A DNA stretch of 64,000 nt from Flavobacteriales bacterium (GTDB lineage: Bacteria; Bacteroidota; Bacteroidia; Flavobacteriales; TMED113): contig PBGD01000019.1 of NCBI GenBank assembly GCA_002718895.1, positions 29,826-93,825 of the forward strand, written 5' to 3'. The notes under the pieces were generated by a model. That model saw nothing but the letters and a program-made list of their open reading frames with translations. It was not told the origin of the DNA and made no database searches. A program made the position numbers and the translations under genes. Numbering within the stretch: position 1 is the first letter of the stretch; the number at the start of each line of letters is the position of its first letter. Shown here piece after piece: positions 38,981 through 49,149 of the stretch.

Positions 38981-41784
38981 TGTCAAGAATTTGGGTCTAT
39001 TATTTTTGTTTATTTACATCTTCCTTGTTTATCGGTCAAAATTCAATTAAGGGAATAGTTGTAGACGAAAGAACAAATGAAACATTAATTGGCGCTAATA
39101 TTTTAATTAATGACAAAATAGATACAAACAATAAATTTGGCACAGCAACTGATATTAATGGTTATTTTGAATTCAAAGAATTAAGTGGAAAATTTTATGA
39201 CTTAAGTGTTTCATATATTGGATATGGCCCAAAAATTATTTCGATTTCATTTGAAAAAAATCATCTCATTGATACAACTTTTAAACTTTCTCCCGATGTT
39301 GTCTTAGATGCAGTGGTCGTTAGTAGTGATCAAGCGCAATTTAGAAAGACACCTGTATCTCTTAGCAATGTAAAATTAGAAAAAATAGAAAGAGAATTAG
39401 GCGGTCAAGAAATTCCAATGTTATTAAACTCAACTCCTGGTGTCTATGCAACTCAACAAGGCGGTGGAGATGGAGACGTAAGGATAAATATTAGAGGTTT
39501 TAATCAAAGAAATGTAGCAGTTATGATTGATGGTGTTCCAATGAACGATATGGAAAATGGATGGGTTTATTGGTCTAACTGGTTTGGTCTTGATGCACTC
39601 ACAAGAACAATTCAAGTTCAACGTGGCCTAGGGGCATCTAAACTAGCACTACCCTCTGTTGGAGGAACTATAAATATTTTAACAAAGGGTATAGATAGTC
39701 AAGAGGGAGGAAGTATAAAGACTGAGTGGGGTTCAGGAAACTATGTCAGAACTACACTAGCATATACAACCCCCAACCTAAATATTGGAAAGTTTAATTT
39801 TGCTACTTCTTTTAAACAATCTAATGGAATTATTGAGCAAACTGGATCCCATGGAATGTTTTACTATGCAAAATGGCAGAAACAATTTAATAATCATTTA
39901 TTTGCTCTTTCAATCTTTGGTGCTCCGCAAGAACATGATCAAAGAAAATACCAAACAGGTATAGCAGTTTATGACAAACAATTTGCTTCTGATTTAGGGG
40001 TTGATACCGCATCATTAGAAGGTGGATATGGATTAAACTATAATCCAAACTGGGGTACATATAATGATTATAAAGTTGTTTTTGAGAATGGAACAGCTAT
40101 TGACACCATTTTTGGTGTTAACAGAAAAATAAATAAGCATAAAAACTTTTACCATAAACCGAATCTTAATTTTCAGCATCTTTGGAAGATAAACGAAAAA
40201 AATACTTTAACTAATATTATATATCATTCCAAAGGACAAGGTGGGGGAACAAATTATTATGGTCAGGCAATAAATTATACTAATAATAATCAAATTGATT
40301 TTCAAGAAATATATGACTTAAATTCCGGAAATAGAGTGCATCCATGGTTTGGAGACTTATCTATAAACACAACATATAGTGATAGTTTGCATAAATCAAG
40401 TGGTATATTATATGCTAGTAGAAACAATCACTATTGGACCGGACTCCTTTCTACCTTCACTCATGTGACAAACAAAAATGTAGATATTTCAACAGGTTTA
40501 GATATTCGCACATACAAAGGTGAACATTATGCAGAAGTATATGACTTACTAGGTGGTGACTATTATCTAGGCACAACTGGCATCGGCTCTAAAAATGCAA
40601 TTGGAGAAAATTCAATAAAATTAATGCTTGAAGAAGGTGATAAAATTTATTATCATAACGATGGACTAGTTAGATGGGCGGGTGTTTTTCAACAAATGGA
40701 ATATAATTATGGTAATATATCAGCATTTATAAATATTACTGGATCTAAATCAAGCTACAGAAGGATTGATTATTTTCGAAAAAAAGACATAGTAATTTCC
40801 GACACAATATTAGTAGAAGCAGTAGGAATAAATGACACTGTTAATTATAACGGGTTTGAATACACTTCAAGCTCTCCAGAAGCTAGATATACTAGAACAA
40901 ATTGGGAGAATTTTTTAGGCTACACAGCTAAATGTGGAGCAAATTGGAATATAGATGAATATAATAATATTTTTGTAAATACTGGTCTTTTATCTAAAGC
41001 ACCAAGGTTTTCAAATGTCTTTGATTATGATAATCAAACTTACCAAAACACCAAAAATGAAATAGTAAAAGCAGTAGAATTTGGCTACGGACATAAATCA
41101 ACAAAATTTGCTTTAAATCTTAATGCATATTATACTATTTGGGAAAACAAGCCTCAAACTGGAACTACACAAGGTGCTGGAGGTGAAACATTAATTTATA
41201 ATATTAATGGAATAAATGCACTTCACAAAGGTGTTGAGTTAGATTTTGCTGTTAAATTAACTAAAGGTTTAAAATATGAATTTCTTTGTTCTGTTGGAGA
41301 TTGGCAGTGGACATCTGGAGATACTGTGAATTTCTACTTAAATCAAGAACTTTATTCAAGTGATTATTTTGATGCCAAAGGGGTATATGTAGGAGACTCC
41401 CCCCAAAAGCAAATTGGATCAAGTATAAGCTATAATTTTAAGTCTAAAGCTAATACATATTCTTACATAACATTAAAAGGCATGTACTTTTCTAAATTCT
41501 TTTCAGATTATGATCCATTTTATTTAGATGAAAATAAAAAAGTTTGGAAAATACCGCCTTACCATTTATTTAGCTTACATTTAGGAAGATCTATTTATCG
41601 AGAAAAACTTGAATATAAATTTAAATTAAATGTCTTAAACTTATTTAACACTGTTTACATCAGTGACGCTGAAAACAATTCTACTTATGTTGAAGATTCA
41701 CCACTAAATTCTGACGCTGCATCTGCTTCAATATTTTTTGGTTTAGGGAGAAAAATAACAGCCTCTATTCAAATAAATTTTTAA
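38980..41784 (+). CDS. TonB-dependent receptor (CarboxypepD_reg-like + plug + 22-strand-size barrel), no adjacent SusD-like gene
   Basis: 934 aa. Contains IKGIVVDERTNETLIGANILIND and the plug DVRINIRGFNQRNVAVMIDGVPMND...IQVQRGLGASKLALPSVGGTINILTK, and ends in ...IQINF. Its ATG shares 1 nt with the upstream TAA. Confidence 0.88.
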   Translation: MSRIWVYYFCLFTSSLFIGQNSIKGIVVDERTNETLIGANILINDKIDTNNKFGTATDINGYFEFKELSGKFYDLSVSYIGYGPKIISISFEKNHLIDTTFKLSPDVVLDAVVVSSDQAQFRKTPVSLSNVKLEKIERELGGQEIPMLLNSTPGVYATQQGGGDGDVRINIRGFNQRNVAVMIDGVPMNDMENGWVYWSNWFGLDALTRTIQVQRGLGASKLALPSVGGTINILTKGIDSQEGGSIKTEWGSGNYVRTTLAYTTPNLNIGKFNFATSFKQSNGIIEQTGSHGMFYYAKWQKQFNNHLFALSIFGAPQEHDQRKYQTGIAVYDKQFASDLGVDTASLEGGYGLNYNPNWGTYNDYKVVFENGTAIDTIFGVNRKINKHKNFYHKPNLNFQHLWKINEKNTLTNIIYHSKGQGGGTNYYGQAINYTNNNQIDFQEIYDLNSGNRVHPWFGDLSINTTYSDSLHKSSGILYASRNNHYWTGLLSTFTHVTNKNVDISTGLDIRTYKGEHYAEVYDLLGGDYYLGTTGIGSKNAIGENSIKLMLEEGDKIYYHNDGLVRWAGVFQQMEYNYGNISAFINITGSKSSYRRIDYFRKKDIVISDTILVEAVGINDTVNYNGFEYTSSSPEARYTRTNWENFLGYTAKCGANWNIDEYNNIFVNTGLLSKAPRFSNVFDYDNQTYQNTKNEIVKAVEFGYGHKSTKFALNLNAYYTIWENKPQTGTTQGAGGETLIYNINGINALHKGVELDFAVKLTKGLKYEFLCSVGDWQWTSGDTVNFYLNQELYSSDYFDAKGVYVGDSPQKQIGSSISYNFKSKANTYSYITLKGMYFSKFFSDYDPFYLDENKKVWKIPPYHLFSLHLGRSIYREKLEYKFKLNVLNLFNTVYISDAENNSTYVEDSPLNSDAASASIFFGLGRKITASIQINF

Positions 41785-41787
41785 ACT

Positions 41788-44007
41788 ATGAAAAAATTAA
41801 ACATTATATTAATACTATTAATATCAAACTTTACATTTGGCCAAACAACAAGTTATTATACTAATACATTTGGTTTAACTGGAGAAAATTTAAAAGCAAC
41901 GCTGCATGATATAATAAAAGATCACACTTCTTACTCTTATACAACAACAAAAAGTATTTTAAGAGATGCAGATGAAGATCCTAATAATCCAGCAAATATC
42001 ATACTAGTATACAGTGGTAATTCCATTGATAAATTTGATTTTGCTTCTAATTTTGAACCAGATTTTTGGAACCGAGAACATGTATGGCCAAAATCTCATG
42101 GTGACTTTGATGCAGGAGATCCATTTGAAGTGCCACTTTACACTGATGCCCATAATTTAAAACCGGTAGATCATAGTATGAATACATTAAGAGGTGAAAA
42201 AGACTTCGATAATGGTGGAACATCAGTGTACAATGGTTCCATTATGACTGAATGTTTTTCTACTAGCTCAACCTTTGAACCTAGAGATGCAGTTAAGGGA
42301 GACATTGCTAGAATAATTCTTTATATGGACGTGAGATATGAGGGCGGAAATAACGAACCAAACTTAGTACCCTTAGATGGTCTTACTACATATCCTAATC
42401 CCCAAATAGGGGTATTATCTACTTTACTTGAATGGCACGAACAAGATCCCCCAGATGCGTTTGAAAAAAGAAGAAATGATGTTATTTATGAGTGGCAAGG
42501 AAACCGAAATCCATTTATTGATTATCCAGAATTTGCGGATATTATTTATGGTAATACTAGCCCTAATTCTGTGGAAATCTCAATACAAGATATTCCTGAA
42601 ACAATTAATGGCGGCGAGGGTTTCGGTGTCTCAGTAAATGTAAACAGCTTAGCAAATTGTGGCCCTATAGAATCAGTAGTTATTAATTATGGGAACAGTT
42701 GGTTTGATTTAAATAATAATATAAGTATGGATTATGAGGATACTTGGATTGCCTCTATTACTGAACAACCTTATAATACTATGTTTTGCTATGAAATAAT
42801 TGCAACTGATTGTGAAGGTAATACAAATACACTGTATGGATCTGAAGTTATACCACCGTTTCCTTTTGAGGGTGTTATAACATCTATATCAGAAATTCAG
42901 GGGCAACAAGAATTCTCACCTTTTGAGGGTCAGACAGTTAATACAACAGGAATTGTAACAGGAGCATTTGCAAATAGTTTTTATATACAAGATGGTTCTG
43001 AACCCTGGTCTGGAATATATATCTACAGTGGAGGTGCGTTGCCATCAATGGGAGATAGTGTGATAGTAACAGGTGAAATAAGTGAATTCTGCTGGAACGG
43101 AAGCCCTTGTGATTGTAGTTCTTGTGGAGGTGCAGGGGTAACAGAGTTTTATCAACCAGAAGATATTTATATAATTAGCAGTAATAACCCTCTACCTGAA
43201 CCAATATTAGTCCCAAGTGGAGAGGCATTGTCTGAACAATACGAAGGTGTGTTAGTTAGAATGGAAAATGTAGAATGTACCTCAATGCCCGGGGGTTTTG
43301 GCGTATGGCAAGTAGATGATGGATCTGGAACATGTGGTATTCACAATACCCCTGATGGTTATGAGCATAATCCAACTATAGGCGATGTCTATAATATAAC
43401 TGGAATTGTTACATCTACATTTAATGAATGGAAAGTTGATTTAAGAATGGAGTCAGATGTAGAGAGTGGAGATGATGTAACTGCCCCATTTATTTTATCT
43501 AGTAATTGTTATCAAGTGGGGGAAAACTACTATGTATATCTATATTTTAATGAACCTATCGATCAGTCATTTCTAGATGTAAACAACTTTTTAATTACAA
43601 ATGCTCAAATTACAAATGTGGTTGCTGATTTTTTTGATCCCACAAAAGCTACACTAACATTAAGTAATGTGGTCTCTAACTCTTTAGGATTAATCATATT
43701 TCAAATGGGAGATTTAAACCAAAATATTGGAACTAACATAACCTATGCACTAAATTGTAATTTTAATTTTGACTTTAGTTTAAATGAAGAGACTGTTAAC
43801 TTGAAGGTTTTTCCAAACCCTAATAGTGGTGAATTTAGTATAGAAATCGACAGCCAAGATCAAACTGCCTATATATATGATTTAAAAGGTCAAGCTATTT
43901 TAACCCGAAATCTTAAAAAAGGAATTAATAATTTTAGTGTAAAAAAACCAGGTTTTTATTTTCTACAAATAAATAATTTTGAATATATACCACTTTTAGT
44001 TAAGTAA
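41788..44007 (+). CDS. Secreted multidomain Endonuclease I family nuclease with ExeM/NucH-like beta modules, an Ig-like domain and a T9SS C-terminal sorting domain
   Basis: 739 aa with signal peptide MKKLNIILILLISNFTFGQ. Endonuclease I signatures WNREHVWPKSHG (His98 codon at 42079-42081), TDAHNLKPVDHSMNTLRG, GDIARIILYM and GNRNPFIDYPE. Then SISEIQG...FYIQDGSEPWSGIYIY...GDSVIVTGEISEF. CTD LKVFPNPNSGEFSIEI...FYFLQINNFEYIPLLVK. Confidence 0.88.
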   Translation: MKKLNIILILLISNFTFGQTTSYYTNTFGLTGENLKATLHDIIKDHTSYSYTTTKSILRDADEDPNNPANIILVYSGNSIDKFDFASNFEPDFWNREHVWPKSHGDFDAGDPFEVPLYTDAHNLKPVDHSMNTLRGEKDFDNGGTSVYNGSIMTECFSTSSTFEPRDAVKGDIARIILYMDVRYEGGNNEPNLVPLDGLTTYPNPQIGVLSTLLEWHEQDPPDAFEKRRNDVIYEWQGNRNPFIDYPEFADIIYGNTSPNSVEISIQDIPETINGGEGFGVSVNVNSLANCGPIESVVINYGNSWFDLNNNISMDYEDTWIASITEQPYNTMFCYEIIATDCEGNTNTLYGSEVIPPFPFEGVITSISEIQGQQEFSPFEGQTVNTTGIVTGAFANSFYIQDGSEPWSGIYIYSGGALPSMGDSVIVTGEISEFCWNGSPCDCSSCGGAGVTEFYQPEDIYIISSNNPLPEPILVPSGEALSEQYEGVLVRMENVECTSMPGGFGVWQVDDGSGTCGIHNTPDGYEHNPTIGDVYNITGIVTSTFNEWKVDLRMESDVESGDDVTAPFILSSNCYQVGENYYVYLYFNEPIDQSFLDVNNFLITNAQITNVVADFFDPTKATLTLSNVVSNSLGLIIFQMGDLNQNIGTNITYALNCNFNFDFSLNEETVNLKVFPNPNSGEFSIEIDSQDQTAYIYDLKGQAILTRNLKKGINNFSVKKPGFYFLQINNFEYIPLLVK

Positions 44008-45244
44008 CAGAAAATTGCATCAAAATACCACATAACCATGCTGCATATGTGCCTAAAGCATAGCCTAATACAGCTAACAAAACACCTACTGGTGCTAAAG
44101 ATGGATGAAATGCAGAAGCCACTACTGGAGCTGATGCAGCGCCACCTACATTCGCTTGGCTGCCAACTGCAACAAAAAAGAATGGGGCCTTGATTATTTT
44201 AGCAACTATAAGTAGAAGTGAAACATGAACTAGCATCCAGATTGCACCTAACACAAATACACCAGGAGAATCAAGAATAGATAATGCATTCATTTTCATT
44301 CCTATTGTAGCAACTAAAATATATAAGAATATTGATCCTATGGTTGAGGCACCAACACCTTCATATTTTTTAAACTTAGTAAAAGATAAAATTAATCCGC
44401 CTGTAGTTGCTAATACAATGAGCCAAAAAAACTTTGAAGTTAAGCTAAACTTACTTAATGATGGAAAATTATTTTGAATATACGGAGCAATATAATCAGA
44501 ACATGCATGAGAAAATCCAGTAATACCAAATGCAATAGCTAAGATAACCATATAGTCTGTAAAAGAAGCAATCCTTTGATTCTCTTGTTTAAATTTTATT
44601 AACTTATTTTTTAATTTTTCAATAGCAGATGAGTCTGCTTTTAACCAAGCATCCATTTTTTTATTAATTCCTGCTCCATATAATAAAAAACCCATCCATA
44701 TATTTGCTACAACAACATCAACAGTAATCATAGAACTAAAAATATCATCATTCACATTAAACATTTCTTTCATAGCTGCTTGATTTGCACCTCCTCCGAT
44801 CCAGCTCCCTGCTACAGTTGTTAAACCACGCCATAAATCATCTGTTGAAATAGGTATTAAATTAGGAGCTAACTTTGAAACAATTATTAAACTTAGTGGC
44901 CCACCAATCAGAATTCCAAAAGTTCCAGTTAGAAACATAATAATAGCCTTGGGTCCAAGATTAATGATTTTCTGTAAATCTATACTTAATGTTAATAAAA
45001 CTAAACTAGCAGGCAATAAGTACCTAGAAGCAATGTAATATAAATTTGAAGCTTCCCCAGAAATAATGCCTAGACTATTAAAAATTGAGGGGATGAAATA
45101 ACAAAGCAATAAAGCAGGTACATATTTAAAAAAGGACTTTAAATAATAATTTTCACTTTTTTCCATTACAAAAATTAATGCAAGCATCGTTATAAGTAAT
45201 CCTAGAACAGTGGCATCATTGCTAAAAAGTGTTAAGTAATTCAT
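44000..45244 (-). CDS. DUF819-like polytopic membrane protein (putative transporter)
   Basis: 414 aa with about 12 hydrophobic segments. The family assignment is from memory of the overall pattern; no catalytic motif. Confidence 0.55.
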   Translation of the reverse strand: MNYLTLFSNDATVLGLLITMLALIFVMEKSENYYLKSFFKYVPALLLCYFIPSIFNSLGIISGEASNLYYIASRYLLPASLVLLTLSIDLQKIINLGPKAIIMFLTGTFGILIGGPLSLIIVSKLAPNLIPISTDDLWRGLTTVAGSWIGGGANQAAMKEMFNVNDDIFSSMITVDVVVANIWMGFLLYGAGINKKMDAWLKADSSAIEKLKNKLIKFKQENQRIASFTDYMVILAIAFGITGFSHACSDYIAPYIQNNFPSLSKFSLTSKFFWLIVLATTGGLILSFTKFKKYEGVGASTIGSIFLYILVATIGMKMNALSILDSPGVFVLGAIWMLVHVSLLLIVAKIIKAPFFFVAVGSQANVGGAASAPVVASAFHPSLAPVGVLLAVLGYALGTYAAWLCGILMQFSVT

Positions 45245-45249
45245 TTGTT

Positions 45250-46017
45250 TTAATTTAAAATTGTTTTAATAGTATCTAAAAAGTAATCTTTAGCGTCATA
45301 ATGAACCCAATGGCCTGCATTGGGAATCTCTAAAATTTGACATTCTGGAAATAAGTTATAAATATTTTTCTTGTCATCAGCATTAATATAATGAGATTTT
45401 TGACCATATATAAAATAAGTGAGTCCCGCAAATACTCTTGGAGAGGGAATTTGATCTAAGATAATACATATATTCTTCTCTAATGCATCAACATTAAACT
45501 TAAACATAGCATTTTCATCATCTGAAAATGATAAGCTCTTTAATAAAAAATTGATTGTTACTATGTCATCTATATATTCCATCATTATTTGAATACCTTG
45601 TTTTCTAGATTTAGCATTACTTGAAACTTTGTTTAATCCCTTGAAAATATTTAAGTTATCCTCTTTATATGGATATCTTTTCGGTGCTATGTCAACTACA
45701 ATTAACTTATTTAATTTTTCAGGATATTTCATAGCAAATTGCATAGCTACTTTACCCCCCATAGAATGACCAATAATAGAAACCTTTTCAAGTTTTTTAT
45801 CTTCAATATAATTAAATATATCAAATGCTAGAATTAAATAATTGTGATCTGAATGGTGGAAAGAATTACCATGATTTCTTTGGTCTATAACATGCACTTC
45901 ATGATCGAGGGAAAGAGATTTTGCAATTGTCATCCAATTCTTTGCCTCACCAAATAAACCATGTAAAATTAAAACAGGCGAACCACAACCCAATATAGTA
46001 GAATTTAAGATCATCAA
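45250..46017 (-). CDS. Alpha/beta hydrolase
   Basis: 255 aa. Nucleophile elbow GHSMGG, HG oxyanion motif LILHGLFG and a C-terminal GHWVH. Confidence 0.8.
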   Translation of the reverse strand: MMILNSTILGCGSPVLILHGLFGEAKNWMTIAKSLSLDHEVHVIDQRNHGNSFHHSDHNYLILAFDIFNYIEDKKLEKVSIIGHSMGGKVAMQFAMKYPEKLNKLIVVDIAPKRYPYKEDNLNIFKGLNKVSSNAKSRKQGIQIMMEYIDDIVTINFLLKSLSFSDDENAMFKFNVDALEKNICIILDQIPSPRVFAGLTYFIYGQKSHYINADDKKNIYNLFPECQILEIPNAGHWVHYDAKDYFLDTIKTILN

Positions 46018-46754
46018 GCTAGTATTCTTTTATACATATTAATTGTATTTTCTAAACCTAGATAAAGAGATTCTGAAATTAATGCATGACCAATTGAAAC
46101 TTCTTCTAAGTATGGCATTTTATCTATAAACAGTGGAAGGTTTTTTAAATCTAGATCATGTCCTGCATTTACACCTAATCCAATTTTATGTGCACGCACA
46201 CCACATTCCACATAATCAACAATACAATTATTATTTGCTGCATATTTACCAGTAAATAATTCTATTCTGTCGGCGCCGATTTTAGAAACACTGTCTAACA
46301 TTTTTAAGTCTGGATGAATAAATACTGCTGTACGGATATTATTTCTTTTTAACTCCTTGATAACATCATTTAGAAATGATTCTTCTTTTACAGTATCCCA
46401 ACCCTCCAGTGAAGTTAGAACATTGTCATCATCTGGGACTAATGTAACTTGAGTCGGCTTGACACTAATAACCATATCTATAAAACGATCAGAGGGAAAT
46501 CCTTCAATATTGAACTCTACCGAGTTATTAACTATTGGAGCTAAATTAAATACATCTTCTTTTTTTATGTGCCTTTCATCTGGTCTTGGGTGAATCGTAA
46601 TACCATTTGCACCAAATTTGATAATTGATTTTGTAACAGATTTTAAATCAGGTAGATTATTACCCCTTGAATTCCTTAAAGTAGCAATTTTGTTAACATT
46701 AACGCTAAGATTTACCATAACTTGATTATAATTTTCATAATTTAATGAATACAA
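46014..46754 (-). CDS. pdxJ: Pyridoxine 5'-phosphate synthase
   Basis: 246 aa. Contains LSVNVNKIATLRNSRG and EVSIGHALI. The likely true start is M13 (46718). Confidence 0.9.
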   Translation of the reverse strand: MYSLNYENYNQVMVNLSVNVNKIATLRNSRGNNLPDLKSVTKSIIKFGANGITIHPRPDERHIKKEDVFNLAPIVNNSVEFNIEGFPSDRFIDMVISVKPTQVTLVPDDDNVLTSLEGWDTVKEESFLNDVIKELKRNNIRTAVFIHPDLKMLDSVSKIGADRIELFTGKYAANNNCIVDYVECGVRAHKIGLGVNAGHDLDLKNLPLFIDKMPYLEEVSIGHALISESLYLGLENTINMYKRILA

Positions 46755-46776
46755 AACTAATCTTTTAATACTAAAA

Positions 46777-47433
46777 ATGATTTCTGATGTAATTAAAAAT
46801 AATATACAACCATTGTTTGTTTCAGAAACAGGAATTAATGCATTATCCTATATTGGTGAGTCTGGTTATGACGCACTTCCTGTTATAAATGAAAAATGTC
46901 AATTTATTGGTATTATTCAAGAAAAGCATATTTTAGCGATGAATAATATAGAAGTTTCTATTTCATCTATTCAAAATTATTTTCAAAGGGTTTTTGCAGA
47001 AACAGATACACACTTGTTTGAAATAATAAATATTTTTTCAACAAATGATTTTCATTTGCTTCCCGTAGTAAATAAAAGTCATAATTATATTGGCTACATT
47101 ACATCAAGTGATATTTTTGCAAAATTGGATAGCCCACAACATTTTAATTCTATCAAATGTATTGTTACCGTCTCTATGGCCATAAAAGATTACTCACTAA
47201 ATCACATTTCCAGATTAATTGAAGAAAATAATGGGAAAATTGTTTCTTTGTTGAGTGAAATAAATAAGAAAAAAATACACCTCCACTTATTAATTGACTG
47301 TCTAAACCCTCAAAGAGTAATTCAAACTTTGGAAAGACACAGCTATTCAGTAGAAGAAAAATTACTTAACAAATCTTTTTCAAGCCATTTAGATGAAAGA
47401 TTTGAATCTTTTTTAAAATACCTCAACACTTAA
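46777..47433 (+). CDS. CBS-pair domain protein with ACT-like C-terminal half
   Basis: 218 aa. Two CBS-like repeats (ALPVINEKCQFIGIIQEKHIL and LLPVVNKSHNYIGYITSSDI). Sits in the conserved position between pdxJ and nadK. Confidence 0.7.
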   Translation: MISDVIKNNIQPLFVSETGINALSYIGESGYDALPVINEKCQFIGIIQEKHILAMNNIEVSISSIQNYFQRVFAETDTHLFEIINIFSTNDFHLLPVVNKSHNYIGYITSSDIFAKLDSPQHFNSIKCIVTVSMAIKDYSLNHISRLIEENNGKIVSLLSEINKKKIHLHLLIDCLNPQRVIQTLERHSYSVEEKLLNKSFSSHLDERFESFLKYLNT

Positions 47434-47437
47434 TAAT

Positions 47438-48322
47438 ATGACTATTTTACTCCATGGCAAATTGTTTTCGAAAGATGTTAAAAAGCACATATTGAGTTTG
47501 ATTAATGAATTAATAAAACAAAAAGTAAATTTGATTTTCACAAAAAGTTTTTACCAAATTTTAAAAAAAACAAAATCTTTAAACAATAAAAAAGATCATA
47601 TTACGATTAGCAGGATAGATGTAATAAATAGTAAAATTGATTACCTAATTTGTTTCGGTGGAGATGGAACGATATTAAATGCAGCAACAATTGTAAAAGA
47701 CTCTGGTATACCAATAATTGGTATCAATACAGGTCGACTAGGATTTTTAGCTACTATTGCAAAAAATGAAATTTCTTCTTTGATTGAAAAAATAAAAAAA
47801 AATGAATTTTCAGTTAGTAAGCGAGCAGTTTTAAATGTGGATAGTGACAAAATTAAACTTCCCTTTGCTCTAAACGAAATATCTGTTCTTTCAAAAGAAA
47901 AAACCTCAATGATGAATATAAAAGTATTTATAAACTCTGAATACCTTAATACTTATTGGGCTGACGGAATTATTATATCTACACCTACTGGATCTACTGG
48001 TTACTCACTTAGTTGTGGAGGCCCCATAGTGATGCCCGAATCAAAAAACTTAATAATTACTCCAATTGCACCACATAATTTAAATGTACGACCATTAGTG
48101 GTGTCTGATGAAAATACTATTCGTGTAGAAATTATAGATAATCCAAATAAAAAATACTTGCTTTCAATGGACTCACGTCATTACAACTTATTAAACAATG
48201 TGAATTTAACAATTAAAAAAGCCCATTATAATATAAATTTACTTCAACTTAATTCATCAACATACTCCAAAACTCTTAGAGAAAAGTTACTTTGGGGTTT
48301 AGACAAAAGAAATTATGAATAA
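47438..48322 (+). CDS. nadK: NAD kinase
   Basis: 294 aa. Contains LICFGGDGTILNAA and STPTGSTGYSLSCGGPI. Confidence 0.92.
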   Translation: MTILLHGKLFSKDVKKHILSLINELIKQKVNLIFTKSFYQILKKTKSLNNKKDHITISRIDVINSKIDYLICFGGDGTILNAATIVKDSGIPIIGINTGRLGFLATIAKNEISSLIEKIKKNEFSVSKRAVLNVDSDKIKLPFALNEISVLSKEKTSMMNIKVFINSEYLNTYWADGIIISTPTGSTGYSLSCGGPIVMPESKNLIITPIAPHNLNVRPLVVSDENTIRVEIIDNPNKKYLLSMDSRHYNLLNNVNLTIKKAHYNINLLQLNSSTYSKTLREKLLWGLDKRNYE

Positions 48323-49133
48323 GAAACTTATATTACATTTTCTAATTTACTTCATTATACCTACTTTAAATTTCAGTCAAACAAATGAGTTCGGAGTGTT
48401 TATTGGCGGATCATTATTTCACGGAGATGTAGGTTATCAAAATGCTGAACTTAGTATACTAAACTCTAAAAAAAGCCTAGGTGTAGAATATAAACGTAAT
48501 TTCAATTATCATTTTGGAGTTAAAATATCTATAATCAACGGAGAGGTTTACGCTAACAACAAAGAAAGCGGCAATATTTTTAGAGAACAACAAAATTTAA
48601 ATTTTAAATCTAAAATTACAGAAATAGGTGTTTTATTTGAGATGAATTTTAGACCATACATTTCAAGAGAAGAGGATTATAACCACACCCCTTTTGTTTT
48701 CACAGGAGTTACTAATTTTTATTTTAATCCCTTGTCTAATTATGATGGAAAATGGTATAATTTAAGACCCTTAACAACCGAAGGTCAAGGGTTAGATGAT
48801 TATCCTGCAAGAGAGTTATATAAACTAAATGGTATTGCTATACCAATTGGAGTTGGATATAAATTTAATTTATATAATGCCTTTACTATTTCATTTAATT
48901 TAGGATGGAGAATTACTTTTACTGACTATATTGACGATGTAAGTACTACTTATATTGATCCCTCCTTACTCAATTCAATTGGACAAGACTTATCAAATCC
49001 ATCAGACAATATGTTTATTGAGGGTTTTCAACGAGGTGACCCTTATGACAATGATAAGTATGGCTTCCTAGGAATAAGTATACTATATTCATTTAAAGAC
49101 AAAGCAAAAGAATGTAAAGACATTATTTATTGA
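48315..49133 (+). CDS. Outer-membrane beta-barrel protein (DUF6089-like, from memory)
   Basis: 272 aa with a signal peptide and alternating beta-strand pattern. Sits in the conserved flavobacterial position between nadK and uppS. Confidence 0.5.
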   Translation: MNKKLILHFLIYFIIPTLNFSQTNEFGVFIGGSLFHGDVGYQNAELSILNSKKSLGVEYKRNFNYHFGVKISIINGEVYANNKESGNIFREQQNLNFKSKITEIGVLFEMNFRPYISREEDYNHTPFVFTGVTNFYFNPLSNYDGKWYNLRPLTTEGQGLDDYPARELYKLNGIAIPIGVGYKFNLYNAFTISFNLGWRITFTDYIDDVSTTYIDPSLLNSIGQDLSNPSDNMFIEGFQRGDPYDNDKYGFLGISILYSFKDKAKECKDIIY

Positions 49134-49149
49134 TAATAAAATAATAACA

